Below are positions 1 through 13,054 of a stretch of 64,000 bases of DNA, one piece after another. Position numbers and translations under genes: made by a program. Origin of the DNA: Antedon mediterranea (Eukaryota; Animalia; Echinodermata); contig NC_092680.1 of NCBI RefSeq assembly GCF_964355755.1, positions 8,928,001-8,992,000 on the forward strand, given 5' to 3'. The notes under the pieces were generated by a model. That model ran no database searches. It saw only the letters and a program-made list of their open reading frames with translations, and had not been told where the DNA came from. The stretch's first letter is position 1; the number at the start of each line of letters is the position of its first letter.

Positions 1-254
1 TATGGAAAATATATTATTAGTTGTATGTTTTTTTAATATTTTTAAATTATCTATACTGTATACAATTTTTTATTAAGAGGACACCTCCTGACCCCAACAA
101 TGTGTCCCCAAAATAGGTGGCCTGAATAGGCATTGGCTATAATAATGTTAAAATTATCAAAATTTTCTCTTGTTTGTTATAATCAGAAAGTTTCCCCTTA
201 TTTGTGATGCCACTAGGGAGAGGTACAATACTGTACATTGCTATTGAAATAAAT

Positions 255-555
255 ATATATTTTATACTGGGTAACCTCTTCAGTCAAAGACTGGTCTCCC
301 AGAGGGCCCAGTTGGTGATCAGTGGCTGTGATGTACTAATACACCGGGGTAACCCCCTACTCGTCTCGAAAGATGTACTAGGTTCTTTAAAGTGCACACG
401 AGCAAGTTGTGTACACTGGACCTACGGTTTATAGTCCTTATCCGAGAAGACTCGTTCTACCACCAGAACCATGGAGTGAGTGAGCCTCGAACCCCTGCCG
501 ATGTTATGGCTACGTGATTACGGTTCCACTGTCTTAACCGCTCGGCCACTCACCC
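255..555 (-). mobile_element. tRNA-derived SINE with Deu/Nin-type central domain
   Basis: Minus strand starts GGGTGAGTGGCCGAGCGGTTAAGAC (A box) ... GGTTCGAGGCTC (B box), then TCGGATAAGGACTATAAACCGTAGGTCC...GTGCACTTTAAAGAACC...TCGAGACGAGTAGGGGGTTACCCCGGTG, resembling the DeuSINE/Nin core from memory; AT-rich tail. Confidence 0.8.
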
Positions 556-1256
556 TATAAATGTAGATGTTGCAATACTGTTTTTATTATTAAAATTTAA
601 TATTTTTGTTTAATGAATTTTACTAAACATATAAATTATATTATTAACCTTTCCTAGTAGCCTTTAATCAATCTTCAATCATTCAACTTTGACAGAGTCC
701 TTTTTTGCAGACACCTCAAATTCTCTTGAATCTATTATTACTGTACATTCTTAAATTTTCCTACAACTTCTACTTAATCAATCTTTAATCATTTTAACAC
801 AAAGTAGGCACATAAATATTGAAATTACTAGTATTACAGCAGATCGTATTGAATAAATGCTTGTATTCTTGTAAAGATAATTTACGGTCATTATATAGTG
901 CCTGATCATACCTATCAGCACATTCATCCATCATAGAAACAAATATCACTGTTTTATAACCTAGTATCGTAACCCAGTCATTTGAATGAAGGCATTATCC
1001 AATTCACACGTATAAAAGTATGCATGTGATTGTGGACAAGAATAGATGAGGATAAAGTAGTTTACCGGTAATTTCTCATGGTTAAAATTATTCTTTCATG
1101 TTTTCATTATAATTAATATACTGTAATATGTAATTGTAAGTAGTCAACAAAATTGTAACCATAGTTACTTTTTGACCTTTGTTATCATATTAAAATCTGT
1201 ACATTTAAAATATAAACAGTTCTACAATAGGATGAATATAACTAGATACAATACTA

Positions 1257-1615
1257 TGTATTGTATGGAATGCCGTTTACGCAACATTTCGATGATATGA
1301 ATTTTATAACACGAAATGTGAATAAAATGCATCGATATTAATTGAATGGCGCAATATATGAATGAAATGTTTTGAATGAAATGCATTGAATCAAGTGTTT
1401 TGAAAGAAATGTTTTGAATGAAATGCTTTGAATCAAGTGTTTTGAAAGAAATGTTTTGAATGAAATGTTTTGAATGGAATGTTTGAATGTTTCAATTCAA
1501 AGCATTTCATTCATATATCGTGCCATTCAATTCATACCGATGCATTTCATTCACATATCGCGTTATAAAATTCATATCATCGAAATGTTGCGTAAACGGC
1601 GTTCCATACAATACA
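1257..1615. mobile_element. MITE with ~120-bp terminal inverted repeats and an internal (TTTTGAATGAAATG)n-like repeat
   Basis: TGTATTGTATGGAATGCCGTTTACGCAACATTTCGATGATATGAATTTTATAAC at left; near-exact reverse complement ending at 1615. Confidence 0.85.
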
Positions 1616-1920
1616 CTACAATGTAACTTATTATTTAATCAAGGGGGTTAATATAGCTGTAAAATTATGTTCATACTGTAATAAATATTCTATGCAAATA
1701 ATGATTAAATAATATAGTGTTTTCTTCTTTCAAAAAACCAAAACAAATGTAGTTATTATAATTACATACTGTAGTAAGTCTGGTTTACAGTACCTGTACA
1801 TCATTTGTTTCCACAAGGAAATAAAGTAATGTTGAAAATGTTTCAACATTGGTTATTATGCTACAACAATATCTTATGATGCTTAGCAAGTAAAATTAAG
1901 GCGATATACAGTGGAACCGT

Positions 1921-2866
1921 TAGACTTGCCCCAAGTCTGTATTATCTTCTTTTTTTTCATTTATTTGTTTTTTATTTCGACCGCGATTTTTGTCTGAAAA
2001 TACAGATATGTGAAACACGTATAGAAATCGATTTGCAGACCGAAAACATCCGATAAGAATGACGTAGGTTATCATACCGTATTTGGCTATATGGGGCGGG
2101 CGGTATGTAAATTTGGATTTCGAATCAACCAATGATCATTTTGTTTCAAATGAAAAATATCGAGTACGTGCAGTGCTGAATGTACGATCGAGACTGTTGA
2201 AATATAAAATCGTAATGCCAAGTTGTTTTGTTTATTAATTGTTTAGTCCTTGGCCTAGGCCTCTTTCGTAGGTCCTACTCAATTCGCACGTATGACCTGC
2301 CAAATAAAACGCCAATAAAGTAGGCCTACATACCACCACCAGCACACAACAGGTCTACACCACCACACAGCAGGACAGGGTCTGGGTGGGAATTAAATCA
2401 AAATTATCTCCGCGTAATAAATGATCCATTCAATGTTTGATTTGCGGAGAAGCTAGCCTATCATATCAAGACGAGTTTTCATGTTCTTGGGAAAAATCCC
2501 ATCAAATGTTTACCAGACTACTCGGCATATAAAATAATGTCTAGCCTTCAGAAACTTTCATAAATGTACCCAAGTACAAATTGTCTAAACGTAACATAGC
2601 GCATGCGCATCATCTTAGTTGTTGAGTCTTTGAAATTCTGAAATATGAATATTAAAACGGTGTACGAGTGAGTAGCCAATCGCATGCAGCTGAAACTAGT
2701 CAACAGGATAATCGTATGCACCAAGAATTCTTGGTGTCAAACCACGTGACTTGTGCGTGTTTCCCCAGACGGAGTATCCAAAATCAAGTAGTATACGTAT
2801 GAAATGTGCCAAAATATTTTTCTTTTTACTAATATTAAGACAAAACTCCGTCTGCAACCCAGACTA
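1921..2866. mobile_element. possible degraded non-autonomous DNA transposon (TAG...CTA ends)
   Basis: CpG-richer block bounded by TAGACTTG... and ...CCCAGACTA; TIR match is weak and no TSD was seen. Confidence 0.25.
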
Positions 2867-5077
2867 TGGAACTGTCTATAAGGTGATTGGTCATCACAAG
2901 ACAGTAGACTGCCAGAGTGTGAACCAATCCAATATTAAGGTATACTGTATTTATAGTTCAATAGCTTATATTATAATTAGAACACAAACTGCACTCAAAT
3001 TTTCAAATTTTACAGGAATATTTTTTTTCAAGAAGTAAACAATATAAGAAGTACAGTATGCAAAACTTGAGGAAATAGCCAGGAACAGTAACTGTTTTGT
3101 TCTACAGTAATTTAGATCTGAACTAGGAGAAAAACAATTGAAATCCTTGGATCTAATTATGAGAGAAGTGGATGGACGAGAATTAGATCCAGATGAGGGT
3201 GGAGGGAGGGGGGGGGGGAGCGGTTGTTTTCATTTTAAGAGAGTCTAAATTGTCCTATTCTGTCTTTCATTTTAAACATCCATAGAACCCCAGAAACAGC
3301 ATGGTACATGACATTTACAAATTAAGTAATGGACAAAGTAAATAAGGATGATATTACTAATGAACTATGACATTTAAATTAACCTAGTGAAAAGAAACTG
3401 TACTGTTCAGTATTTAAGTTTAAAAATAGATTCATCTGTATTGAGGATACTCAATAAGCAGCACTAGTACACTTTTCTTATCAATTGTGGCTATAAGCTT
3501 TACTACAAGACGAGACGCACCAAAAGTACACAATAATGATACGAGAGGAAAGTTATTTGACATGAAAAGGTTATGGCCTAAAATATTGACTTGGTGTATG
3601 ACTGACTGGATACTACTTTAGTGTTCCTCATACCATAGTATACTCATTGACTTAAGTTTTATTGAACAAAATTAGGCCTATACTTATTCTTGCTTACATT
3701 ACAGTACAGAAAACATTTCATCATCTTTAAAAAATAATTTGCTAAAACCAAATTGAATCATGAATGAAGGTAGAAGTGAGTGAGTGAATTTTGCTCAATA
3801 TCAAATCAGTATTTGAGAAGCCACTTGGTAGCAACAGTGTGTTGTATTTAAATCTTTTTACAAATACCAGATCTTAATACTAAGACGGAAGGTGTTTAAT
3901 TAGTCATTAGGATATCCTGTACTTCTGTGGTACAGCAACTAATCTGCAATGACGACCAGAACAAGGGCACTAATACACTTTAAACATTATATACAGGTAA
4001 CTTCTTTGTAACATTTTTTTTCTCTTTTTTTAAAAGTTTATTTTTGATGTTCAAATGGTGTAAAGGCACAGTGGGTAGGCCTAGAATGAATTGGAAGTAG
4101 AATCTTTCCTTTGAGACAACACTCCTATTCAGTGGACATTCCTAATTTGTTATTAAAACAAAACTTAAAAGTTTTAACACTGTCAAACTCAATTGAAGGC
4201 CACCCCTACTTTTTCCCCTGTTGTGAAAAGAAACATTGGCGTTCGATTTGATCTTCCGGCGGGCACCTGACCGGAACTGTGTCGGAACAGGTGTGAAAGA
4301 CCCTTTAGTCCTGAATTTTCCCCTTGATAATGATAGAAGTTCTACTATACATACTGTGTGTCTAATGTTCCTGTAGATATACTTTCCGGGCGTCCAAATT
4401 ATTTGAACAGGTACTTAAAAAATGTCTTCCTATTAATCATGCGAGGGAGGACATGCACGCACGATCAAGCATGGTTCTGATTTACAATTCGGTCAAGAAG
4501 AAGGTAGTTTAAAGTTACTTTTACATGCTAAACACTCTGTTATTACATTAGAAATCTCTCGACTTGAATATACAGGTAGGTACACAATAGTTCCTCTTCA
4601 CACACACTTGAAACTAAATGCTAATCTCAAGGTGAAACAACACAACCTAGTTTTTCTATCTAATTCATTAAATCATGTTTTCCTATCAAATACACTATAA
4701 TTAAATACAGTACATAAAGTTGGTTGGTTATTATACTATTAAATTTTAATGCATAATATTATATTACTTATGAAAACTAATAAATTTTAGTCATTAAATT
4801 TTACTTTTATTAGCATATTTTGATTGTTTTGGGATCTCAATAATTAACAGTTATCTGCATATCTTATTACTCTCAATTGTTATGTAAATTGTAAATAAGA
4901 TTTGACTAGTAAAAAAACTTGTTATATATAAAATCTGTTAAAAACATCTCACTTGGATCATACAGCAGAATAATGTAGGCCTAGTAAACAATTTTTTTTT
5001 TTCCACCTAGCTTTTAATTTAAATGTGGATACTAGTCTCATAACAGTGTCTCATACTAGTATTTCTTTGGTTTCATA

Positions 5078-5722
5078 GGGCCTGTTTCTGCTGAGCAGTA
5101 ACCGATTATTTTTTTATTCAATTATTTTTGGGCAGCAGAAACCGCGTAAAATGACATAATCGTTTGAAAAATAACCGATTAAAAACACTCAATTGCAAGT
5201 GCATGTTTTAATGCCAAATAACCGATTATCGCGGAGCAGTTTTTAGCTGAAACACAAACAGCAATTATTGTGACCACATTTTGATCAACATGGTTTTTAT
5301 TTGCGTGATCGATCAGCCAAATGATGATGTGGACCGATGAGATAACATGTGATTGTTAATTATTTTGTGGGGAAGAATTATAAGACACGCGAGAGACTCC
5401 AGGGAAATAAAAAAGGATTCTGCGTTACTTATTGAAGTACACCGTTTTATATCACACCAGTTCAGGCTAACGATGTTTTGCATGTCCTTTTTTTAGGCCT
5501 GTCAGTGTTGGTGTAGATATGTACGAAGAAGGAATGCAACAACGAAACAAACTAATCACCGACGTGCCCATATCAATTCTGTTGTATGTGGTAGTAGATG
5601 TTATTGGGACATATGATTGGGTTACAAATAATATAGCTTTTACAGAAGAGTTCAATTTTTAATTCTACATTTTTTTAAATTTTATTTTATTCAAACTCAT
5701 TCAACAGCGGGAAACCAGTGCC
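5078..5722. mobile_element. possible degraded MITE (Harbinger-like ends)
   Basis: GGGCCTGTTTCTGCTG at left, imperfect inverse CAGCGGGAAACCAGTGCC at right; internal TAACCGATTA motifs. Confidence 0.3.
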
Positions 5723-6497
5723 TTACAGAATGGAATAATCTCTACCATATAAATAAATATATAAATCTTAAAATCTAACAATACAAAATTATACAATTTT
5801 ACTAATTTTATTACAAAAACAATTATAACGGTCAAAAAAGAGATCAATAGAATTATCTTTAACTATACAATTATTAAAAAGAAGACAAATACATGTGAGA
5901 GTTATAGCCAGTGTAAACAGAGCAACTCAATCTTCCCTAATTTGAACTGCATTATGGGTATGATAACATGATTTTTAAAAAGCGATTACAATACCAGATA
6001 ACCATCGAATGCAATGGGAACAAGATTGTGGTTTGCAGTACTAATAATTGATTATTTTGATTTTTAAAGCAGAAACAGACCCATAGTGTCAATTGCTGTT
6101 TAGTACTGTACTGTAGATATCGCGATGTTTCATTTGTTATCTGTATGAGATTATGATCAAAACAAGAGCATAGTTTAACCTCCAATGCTATCTTTAACAG
6201 CTGTCACAAACAACTGCCATATAACTACGTACAGTAATTTGAATGTAAAATCACAACATATTTTGACATAGTTTCAGTAGTAAATACTTTACGATTATAT
6301 TTAAAGTGAATTGATATGACAAATGACATTTATGTCTATAGTACAGCAATGCGCTTTGAATGCACATTTATGTTGATGTGTTAAACTCTTTTAAATGAAC
6401 GCACAAAAATAAACACAAATTATGTTGTTGTGTACTCTATAACAAAAATGTGCACTCGGGCACTTATTACACTAGCATAGAGTAAGTATTTTAGTTA

Positions 6498-7400
6498 GTT
6501 GGTTATCCGCACTTGGCGGATAACCCCTTGTTATTGTCAGGATCTTTTTTTTTTTTTTCTCTTTTTGGTTATCCGCCTCAAGCGGATAACCTTTGTTATT
6601 GTAAGAGTTTTTTAAATATGCTCTATTTTTCTCAGATTTTGTGTTCAGCCTTTCTCTGCAACGTGTTAACATAACATGTTGTAACTTGGTCAACATATAG
6701 ACATTTAACTGAAGATGTGCAGCCAAGCTTTTGGACGCTGTCAGATCCGCGTAGCGTAAGTCACGCGCGATTTTCTGAAAATCTTAAATCGGTCATAACT
6801 TCGAAACCGATAAATATTTTTTAACGAAGTTTTCAGCCACGTTTTCTTCACATCAATGGCTAACTTTTTCGATCTTTAGCAAATTTTTGGAGACTAGAAA
6901 GTTTTCGCGTAAATTGCGTTTGAAATATTTTACTCTTCTTATTTTGTACACGCTGTTTCTCTTCAACGTGTAAACATAATATGTTGTAACTTGTTCAGCA
7001 TTTAGACATTTTACTGAAGTTGTGCAGCCAAGCTTTTTGACGATGTCAGAGCCGCGTAGCGTAAGTTACGCGTGATTTTCTGAAAATATTAAATTGGTTA
7101 TAACTTCGAAACAAATAAATATTTTTTAATGTCTATTTAAGCCACGTTTGCTTCACATCAATTGTAAACTTTTTTAACGCTACCAAAATTTGTAACATTA
7201 GAAAGTGCGCGCGTAAATTGCGTTTGAATTTTTAAATGCTTGAAATCAATTTCTGATTAAATTAGAGCACGATTCAGGTCATTTTAAGCGTTTAAAACAT
7301 TGCCACTTGTGCGCACATTTTTTTACGCGCGCACGGCGCAGGAAACACGTATGACTTTATTTGTATTTAACTTCCATACATTTATGGACCATGGTTGTCT
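6498..7400 (-). mobile_element. Helentron/HINE-like non-autonomous element with two ~305-bp internal tandem cores and doubled terminal hairpin
   Basis: Hairpins GGTTATCCGC-N-GCGGATAACC at ~6501 and ~6567 next to T-runs; diverged tandem repeat ~6650-6925 vs ~6955-7230. Right boundary approximate. Confidence 0.6.
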
Positions 7401-9772
7401 TTATGTAAAATTTGGCAATATTATTTTGAATATTAGAATAATTTGAATTCAATTCATTTCTCAATAATTTTTCTTTGTTTTTAGATAAATTGTACACACA
7501 ATTGTAAAACAACTTTTTATTTCAAGAGCAGTTAATTCTGTTCAGGTCTGTGCCTATTGCTTGCTCCTAAACAAGATTGTGCTTTATACTGTATAACATG
7601 CCGAATAAGAATTATTATTAAACATCATTCGTGTTATCACAAACGTGTAAAAGCACCACGCTGAATATAATTTACATAAATAAACAAAATGATAAGTCCA
7701 TTTACTGTATATTCATAAATGTTATACTTATTTACACTAGTTTGATCAGATAAAAATGTAAACTGCACATTGGAAAGTTCATGGCAATAAATTTAAAATG
7801 TATGTACTTACCCAGGGCATTTAATCAAGTGAGTTTTGTTACTTAAAAAAGATTTTTATATAAAAAAAATATCTTGAGTATGTCTGATGAAGGTATTCTA
7901 AATACCAAATGTTTTCAAACTTTACAACTCAGCTGTATTAACTACTGTAAGTCTACAGTATAGTACACTACTACTACTGTCTACTGTACATGATCCCAAA
8001 TTTAACAAAAAATACTGTACCTCTTGCTCTTTTCATACATCCTTTCATAATTAAATTTTTCATCCTTCTCTTTATGACATTGTATTTTTCTATCAAACTA
8101 TGATAATTTGTATTATTGCAAACAGGTGTAAATATTAAAAATCAGATTGCATTTATCTCAGCATTGTACTGATAGATGTTTATGAGATAGGAACAGTTCT
8201 TTTTCATTGACTTAAATTCTACAGAGGAGCGACCACCTGTTTCAACAAATACACAGTTAAGCCAGTTGACGTCGTCATCGTAACATTTTAATAGTACAAT
8301 TCCTTTGATTATCAACATGTTATATATGTATACTAGTTTTTACACTTTATCCTAGTAGTATATTCACCTGTCCAAATTTATTCTATTTAAATACATTATT
8401 AGGATATTAATGTTGGTATTTTAAGTAACTGCAAAGATATTAATAGCAATTAAAAGGAAAAATAACTTACTGTAGCAGCAGACCTTCCATTAAAAAAAGT
8501 ACTTTAAACCATAACAACTGCTACAGTATTTTGAAAATAAGTTATTCTTTTACCATAGAGAAAATAAATGGTTTTAATGTTTTACTGTCTTTTATTGAAA
8601 TACTGTATCATTAATTATTGTCTCAGTATCCATGTAAAAAAAAAATCCATTAAGACCATTGAAAGACCACTTGGTTACAAATTCAGTACTGGTGTGTAGA
8701 ACCAAGAGGTAGTGCTGCCAGGGAAGCATGCTCCACCCTTTTGACAACAGTGTAATTATGAACTACTTTTTGACTGATTAGTAATATTATATGTTAAAAA
8801 ATCATGGATCCACCTCTGATTTGCAAACGCATTTTGAGAATAGATTCTAAACCTATTGTGATAATGAGGCAATGATCTAATGCTTTGTAGAATCTATCCA
8901 TCCACTTACGTTCAATTAGGTTTTAAAATGTTACCATGGTAATAGAGGCGTTTATGCACTCAGGAAAAATCTTACGATATCCAAATCATTAAAACCAAGC
9001 ATTCTACAAAATGCTTAGAACATTATATATTTAGGATATTTCAATGAAGAATGAGTACTGTAGATTCTTCAATACAATGAACAGCATGCTACAGTATGCA
9101 AGTTGGGCCTTATTAATAAAATAGTATTGTACCAACATGTCCTGTATTTATCCCACCCATATGTTTTCAATGTTCAACCATCCTCATAGTATACTACTAC
9201 TACTAGGCAGTAGACTGTGTATTTTAATGTGAAGTTTTAAGTTGGTATTTTTATTTCAAGCCTTATCAAATAAAAACGTTTTTATTTATTGAATTCAATT
9301 TCTTTATTGCTGCAAATGCCATCAAGGGCTAATATGAAATTAAAAAAAAAAAAAAAAAAAAAAAAATATCCGCTTAAACATACTACATCATACAAACATG
9401 TATACATCTTTACATTAAAGTCTAAATATGTTCACTATAGTATAATAGGCCTTCATACAGTAGCCTTTGTACAGTTTTGTGATATGCATTTGAAATTACA
9501 GTAGATACTGTAGATAGATAAAAATGAATTTCCGGTACAGCATGTACTGAACTGTATTTTGTATAATGCCCAACATCATACCCTTTTGATCATATCGTTT
9601 AACTCACCATGACCCACTGTCAATGTCATTATCAAGGGTTAGGACGCCTTACTCACTATTGAGTTGATTTGATTTGAATATCATTCATGAGACCTTATAG
9701 TTAACTTATACTATTTTAATATATAATTTAATCTATTCAGTTCTGAGAGAGAAAAAAAATCCTTGTATTTTC

Positions 9773-11531
9773 GTTCTGTATGAAATCGGTCGCGCTTGAA
9801 ATCGGTCGCGATAAAATCAACATCCGGTATTTTGTATGGAGCACCGCTAGATACACTTTTTATCATTATTAGTTACGTTTGATATCGGTCGCGTTTTACT
9901 TTAGTCGCGCTAATTTGTATATGGCGCATTAGAAACGTTTTTAATGAAAACGCTCATTATGTTTTTAGTTAATTTTTAATATTAGAATTTCTAATAACAG
10001 GCCTACTATTTGACATTATTTTTAACCTCGATCATTATTTTTTAAGTACGGTAAATATAAATATTTATCTCATTATTTATAAATAATTTGTGTTTTCATT
10101 TTATCTTACAGGTTTTAATGAATTGTAATGTGTTCTTTTAGAAAATCGTTTTAAAAATGTTTTTTTGTCTTATTGAATATTGTGCAAGTTTTTGAAAAGA
10201 TTGGCATGCCACTGTTTAAAGTTTTGAAAATAATAAATAATAATGTAATAGTTAAACAAGTAGACGCGCCTATTGCATATTTTTTAATCAGTTAATTGCG
10301 AAACTCGTTCTGGTCTACAAGTGGATACCAGCTTAGGAGGTTTATGCAATAAAGGAAGATGATGCATGGATGATTTTTGCATTCGATATCTGCCACTCTG
10401 ATTTGAGCATGGTTTTAGGACAATAATAAAATGTATAGATAATATGCCGTTATAAATCAATCTGCCGGCCCTACAGTATGACTGTACAATGATAGATGTA
10501 AGAATAATAATGTATGGATAATATAAAGGTGGACACGATTCTCAAAGAGGTAATCTGCACTGATATTTAAACATTTAGATTTACGAACGGCGTATGAATG
10601 TAAGACACTAAGTTGCACTTACTTAATTATTTACATTAAATGATTATTATAAATTTAAATCTATAGTATCGCCGACGTATAAACGTAAATTATATATAAA
10701 TCATACTGTCAAATTATAGAAACAATTCTCATATTCGGAACATGATCTTGTAATCACGTCCAGCATAGCTCATTAGATCGTTTCACAAAAACACGTGCAG
10801 GAGGCCTATAGACGTTTCAAACGTATGGTTATTAGTAATAGACGTTATCTTTACCTTACCTGGCCATGGACAACGATCGTAGTGTTTTGTCCATGATTTG
10901 ACACACTAACAAGCGTGTTATTTAAAACGGGGAATAACGGATATAAATAAAATAGAAATCAAAATAAAATGATCGAATAATATGTACGACATGGATATGA
11001 TATGCAGTATGCATAAGTATAAAAATGGATACGCTGGCTTTACGGGCTATATTGTAAAAAATACTGTTTTTAAATCAATTGTTCTCCGTTTTACGTAATT
11101 GTTTGCATAAAAGACACAGACGTATATTCTCTATATAATATATTAAATACAGTACAGTACATATAAATAGAGGTAAATTATTATGCCTAATATAATATTT
11201 AAACGTGTTTAGAAATGGTCATTTTGAAAAGACACAGTCCTTCTCCGAGACCTGTGAAATAAAAAAAAAAAATTTATTTAATGATTGATAATAAATATTT
11301 ATTAACCAAATAAAAAATATCCACATAAATAATCTAGTTCCTAAAAAATATCAATTAAATCTATACAAACGAAAAATGGATCCCGCTCTAGTAGAATGCA
11401 TCCCGCTCCATACAAAATAGCACGACCGATGTCAAACGCGACCGATATCAAACGTAACTAATATGATAAATGCGTATCTAGTTGATTTTATCGCGACCGA
11501 TTTCAGACGCGATCGAATTCATCGTAAACCG
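9773..11531. mobile_element. non-autonomous TIR element (Mutator/foldback-like) with modular ATCGGTCGCG subterminal repeats
   Basis: ~150-bp inverted ends (AAATCGGTCGCG... / ...CGCGACCGATTT); interior shares blocks (GAAAATCGTTTTAAAA, AAGTGGATACCAGC, CCGAGACCTGT) with the 20643-22998 element; no TSD seen. Confidence 0.75.
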
Positions 11532-11765
11532 TCAAGGCCCTTTTTTTAACTTATAGGGGCCTGTGGGCCTAGTGTAGCTAGCCTCTAGGCCTAGTCATAA
11601 TGACATAGTAGGCTAGCCTTATAGGCTTAGCCTAGGCCTAGCCTAAGCTAGGTAGATCTAGGCCTAGGCCTTTTCTAGCCTGCCGGCTCTGGTTGGGCCT
11701 ACCCTACGAACCTATCCTAGGCAGCCTATCCTACTACTAGCTAGTAGGCCTAGGTAGCTAGGGTA

Positions 11766-12256
11766 GGCTAGCCTAAACAAATTACTGACTCACCAAAAAG
11801 TATTTATAATTAGCAATGAACTAAACACACATGTTCTTTTCTCCACCAGCTTTGTATGGGTGTTTATTAATTTAAAACAAGTAGATAAAACAGTTATAGA
11901 ACTTTGACACTTCTTGTATGATCGATGATTCGGATCATGTCGGGAGAGAAAGCGTTCCTCGCAACAATCAACAAGTCCTTCTCCGGATGATCAAGCAAGT
12001 ATCTACTAGGTAGGCCTAGGGTAGCCTAGGCTAGCCTAAACAAATTACTGACTCACCAAAAAGTATTTATAATTAGCAATGAACGAAACACACATGTTCT
12101 TTTCTCCACCAGCTTTGTATGGGTGTTTATTAATTTAAAACAAGTAGATAAAACAGTTATAGAACTTTGACACTTCTTGTATGATCGATGATTCGGATCA
12201 TGTCGGGAGGAGAGAAAGCGTTCCTCGCAACAATCAACAAGTCCTTCTCCGGATGA
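11766..12256. repeat. tandem duplication (~263-bp period) of putative first exon and splice donor
   Basis: 11766-11990 nearly identical to 12029-12256. Confidence 0.9.
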
Positions 12257-12530
12257 CCGCGCGCGCGACGATCGATGTCGTCTGCTTTTTTCAACCAACC
12301 AAAAACCATCGGCGAGAAACAAAGAGAGGGCGCTAAACATGAAATTTACGAGATCGAATTAATAAGTTGTAATAACATAAGCCTTCGGCTGTTTAATATC
12401 ATTGGATCGAACAGGCGGTGTGGGACGTACACAGAAAAAAAGATTCAGTATAAATAAGGCCGTTTCCACGACATCACATGCTTACCGTTTAATGTTGGAA
12501 AGGGGACGTAAAAATAGCTTTAACTTTATT

Positions 12531-12605
12531 CCACCGTGAGATTCGAACCCACGACAAGCGTGTTGTTAACATCACACGACGCGCTTAGTCGACTCAGCTA
12601 ACCGG
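12531..12605 (-). pseudogene. degenerate tRNA-like sequence
   Basis: Minus strand CCGGTTAGCTGAGTCGACTAAGCG...GTGGGTTCGAATCTCAC: A-like and B boxes, poor acceptor and anticodon stems. Confidence 0.5.
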
Positions 12606-12923
12606 TCATCTAAATGTTTTCAATCATTAATTTAGTCGTAAACAATTTTAAAACAATAGAAACGGTAAAGCAAAGAAAGCGCATGACACTTTAATGATTT
12701 TTCGGTATGAAATTACAACTTCCAATACTATTAAAAACAACTAGCATTTAAATTTAGTTGATATGAAAATATGTTTGAGAATAGACTACAGTTAATGTAA
12801 GTTACAGAAGAGTATATTACTATTTACATTATGACACTGTAACTGAATATAAATACAAGAATGACACTTGTACAACGATACCAAGCCAATATGTCAGCTA
12901 AGAACGTGGTATGGCGTTTAAGC

Positions 12924-13054
12924 ATACTTACCTGGCACAGGAGCGACTTTGATCAGGAAGGAATGTCCTCCCAAGATGAGGCCTCAGCATTGCACACACG
13001 GCTGCGGTTGACCCTTGCGATTCCCCCAAACGTGGGGAACTCGGGTGTATAATT
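12924..13054 (+). ncRNA. U1: U1 snRNA (variant), 5' part; interrupted at the Sm site
   Basis: ATACTTACCTGG 5' end, SL1 loop GATCAGGAAG, SL2 loop ATTGCAC, SL3 GATTCCCCCAAACGTGGGGAACTC, ending GTATAATT where a transposon begins. Confidence 0.95.

Larger units (their letters stand above)
9608..12260 (-). other. probable first exons (5' UTR) of a minus-strand gene extending left of the window
   Basis: Minus-strand GTGAGT donors at ~12055 and ~11792 beside a CTAG/GGCC-rich promoter-like tract; candidate exon ~9608-9741 with polypyrimidine-CAG acceptor ending ATG|GTGAGT. No product identifiable. Confidence 0.4.

Noticed and set aside
7884-7914. Second hammerhead-like motif CTGATGA-AGGTATT..AATACC-AAAT
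   Set aside because: Lacks the G of GAAA and a convincing stem I.
12053-12340. 95-aa minus-strand ORF
   Set aside because: No recognisable protein features; more likely promoter or 5' UTR sequence.
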